Source: Lama glama (taxonomy: Eukaryota). From it: DNA of 64,000 nt. The notes beneath the pieces are model-generated. The model searched no databases. It was not told where the DNA came from and saw nothing but the letters and a program-made list of their open reading frames with translations. The number at the start of each line of letters is the position of its first letter. Positions within the stretch are counted from its first letter, which is position 1. Shown one piece after another: positions 61,973 to 64,000 of this stretch. The position numbers and the translations under genes are program-made. Where the stretch lies: contig CM052831.1 of assembly GCA_028534125.1 (NCBI GenBank), forward strand, positions 12,338,001-12,402,000, given 5' to 3'.

Positions 61973-62389
61973 CTCCCTTTCCTCTGAAGAGAATGTTCTA
62001 AGGTCTGTTCCATGTGGCATTTCAGAGACATTGAGCCCTAGTTACTCATAGTAGTGGCCTGCCCATACATAGCTTTTAACTGACTATTTCTTTCCTGTCT
62101 CCCCATTTCTTCACTTGTACTACCTGGAACCACCTCTGAGAAAGGCTAATTGCACCCAAATTCTTGTGTCATGGTCATTTTGTGGAAACTCAAAAGTAAG
62201 ACAATTACCAGGAGGAAATTATTCGTATCACTCAATACGAATAATTATAGCCATGGTTGTCTATAGCCATGGTTTCCAAGTAGATCACCTTAAAAAGCAA
62301 GGAATTGAAGATTGTATTTGGAGAAAAAATAAACAATGCTTTTTCTTGTTTGTACCTCCCTGAAATTTAAGTTGATTAATAAACTGATA

Positions 62390-62570
62390 CCTGTGCATTT
62401 TCTCATTTAATTCTCACAGCAGCCTTCTGAGGTAGGTGTAATTATTTCTACATTACACATAGGGAAATAGGTTCAGAGAAGGTTAGTGTATTGCCCAAAG
62501 TTTCTCAGCTGAGATTCAAATTCAAGTAGTCTGATTTTAAAGCCAATATTCTTATCCACTGAACCAGATC
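62390..62570 (-). mobile_element. MIR
   Basis: 'tctcatttaattctcacagcagcc...gaggtagg...ggttcagagaaggttagtgtattgcccaaag'. Confidence 0.8.
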
Positions 62571-63164
62571 ACCTTCCTTAAGGTTTCAGAAACATGAAAC
62601 AGATGCTAATTTGCTCATTTCTAAAATTAAATGTCAGGCTACTAAAGCAAACCTTCAGACAATGGTGGTGGGAAGTATACTTTTTCATGTGGTGAAGGGG
62701 TGCATTTTTCCTTTTCTAATATAGCCAGGAAGATGAAAAGGGCAAAAAGTATGTTCTGTTGTTAAACTGACAGCATTATTGATATTTTTCAAATTATTAC
62801 AAGAAAGACCCAGCATTCGCATGTTTTATTTAAGGCAGTTCCTGCATTGTTTGGATATTACATTATTTATGTCAAAAGTGGTATATTGGATGAACATTTA
62901 TTCACCCAATAACATTTATTAGTTACAACCAAGCAGTTTTAAGACACAGAATAAAAGATTGGAAAAAGGTGGGAAATAAACCAGTGTCTTATTTCTCTGG
63001 CACTCTCCCTGACATGTAGACATTTTTTTCAAGTTATAAACTACATTCCCAATATTTGCTCTGTAGGGTTGACACAATTCCCAAGGCTGCTGGCTTCTAG
63101 GAATGACTATTAAATCAGCCAGGTAAGTGGAAAGATGTCAATCACAGTTTCCATTGGGGAGACC

Positions 63165-63420
63165 ATGCTGTACAGTGATTACGGTACAAACACTGGTGTC
63201 AGAACAGTGTTTGTTTGATTTAAATTAGGCCTTCCCACATATCTGCTAGGCAATCTTAAACTGGTTACTTAAGCACCTGTAAGACTCAGTTTTTCCAAAT
63301 GAAAACTGGAGACAATAATAGTTGCTCCATGATACGGTTTGGGAAAGATCAAATGTGTTATGCATGCAGAGAGGTTACATGGCACCTGGCAGCAGAGTGA
63401 GCACTCACTAAATGGTATCT
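63165..63420 (+). mobile_element. MIR
   Basis: 'ttacttaagcacctgtaagactcagtttttccaaatgaaaactggagacaataatag'. Confidence 0.75.
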
Positions 63421-64000
63421 GTAATCAATTTTATATATATATATATATTTTCTGATTAGAACAGAGTAGGAGGGTACGTGGTGAAAACAAATACTGTTCA
63501 TTTTGCAAAGATATGGCTTAGTAGGCATGCCATACTTTCCTTTCGCCACCAGCTAAATGCCATAAACATATTCACTGTGCAACGTATATTGGAACGACTG
63601 TATTGCTGACACTGTTTGCCTGGGACAATGACACCTATTAACACTACCCTATGTGGTGACTTTTGGGGATTAACCCTCTCCCCTGGGAAAGCAGCAGAAG
63701 TAGAGAGGAACTGCAGACACAGTGGAGAGAGAATATATATCTGCCGATGCGGAGTGCTGTAAACTTACATCACCATGAATCTGGGATGACAGCAGAAGTC
63801 ACTGAAAGGGAAGCATCAAATGAATTACACAGGCCTTCCCCAAGAAGTGGCAATAAAACAGTGGAGTACCCTTTGCCATTTCATATATTTCATCATGCCA
63901 GAAAAATTCTGCTCAAGAATTTCGTCTTAATTTCTCCTCATTTTTAGCCTCTTTCTTATTCCCCTTGCCATGTGGCTTCGGAATTTATTCTCTCATTTGA

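Overview
Mammalian, AT-rich, CpG-depleted non-coding DNA (intergenic or deep intronic). It is most likely camelid (Camelus/Vicugna/Lama), based on a tRNA-Ala-derived Vic-1-type SINE at 9162-9270 and short, young L1 3' ends. Roughly half of the window, estimated by eye, is transposable-element relics: MIR, L2, L1M and younger L1, MaLR/ERVL solo LTRs, and hAT MITEs, with many nested insertions. I recognise no protein-coding gene; the supplied ORFs look like chance ORFs, TE-derived ORFs or N-spanning artefacts. A 500-N gap at 39835-40334 is flanked by an identical 199-bp duplication and is probably a false gap. I found no convincing novel biological system. The findings are modest: TE architecture, micro-duplications and hairpins, candidate cis-regulatory motifs and weak candidate exons. 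TE family names come from my memory of consensus sequences, not a database search, and boundaries are approximate unless target-site duplications (TSDs) are given.
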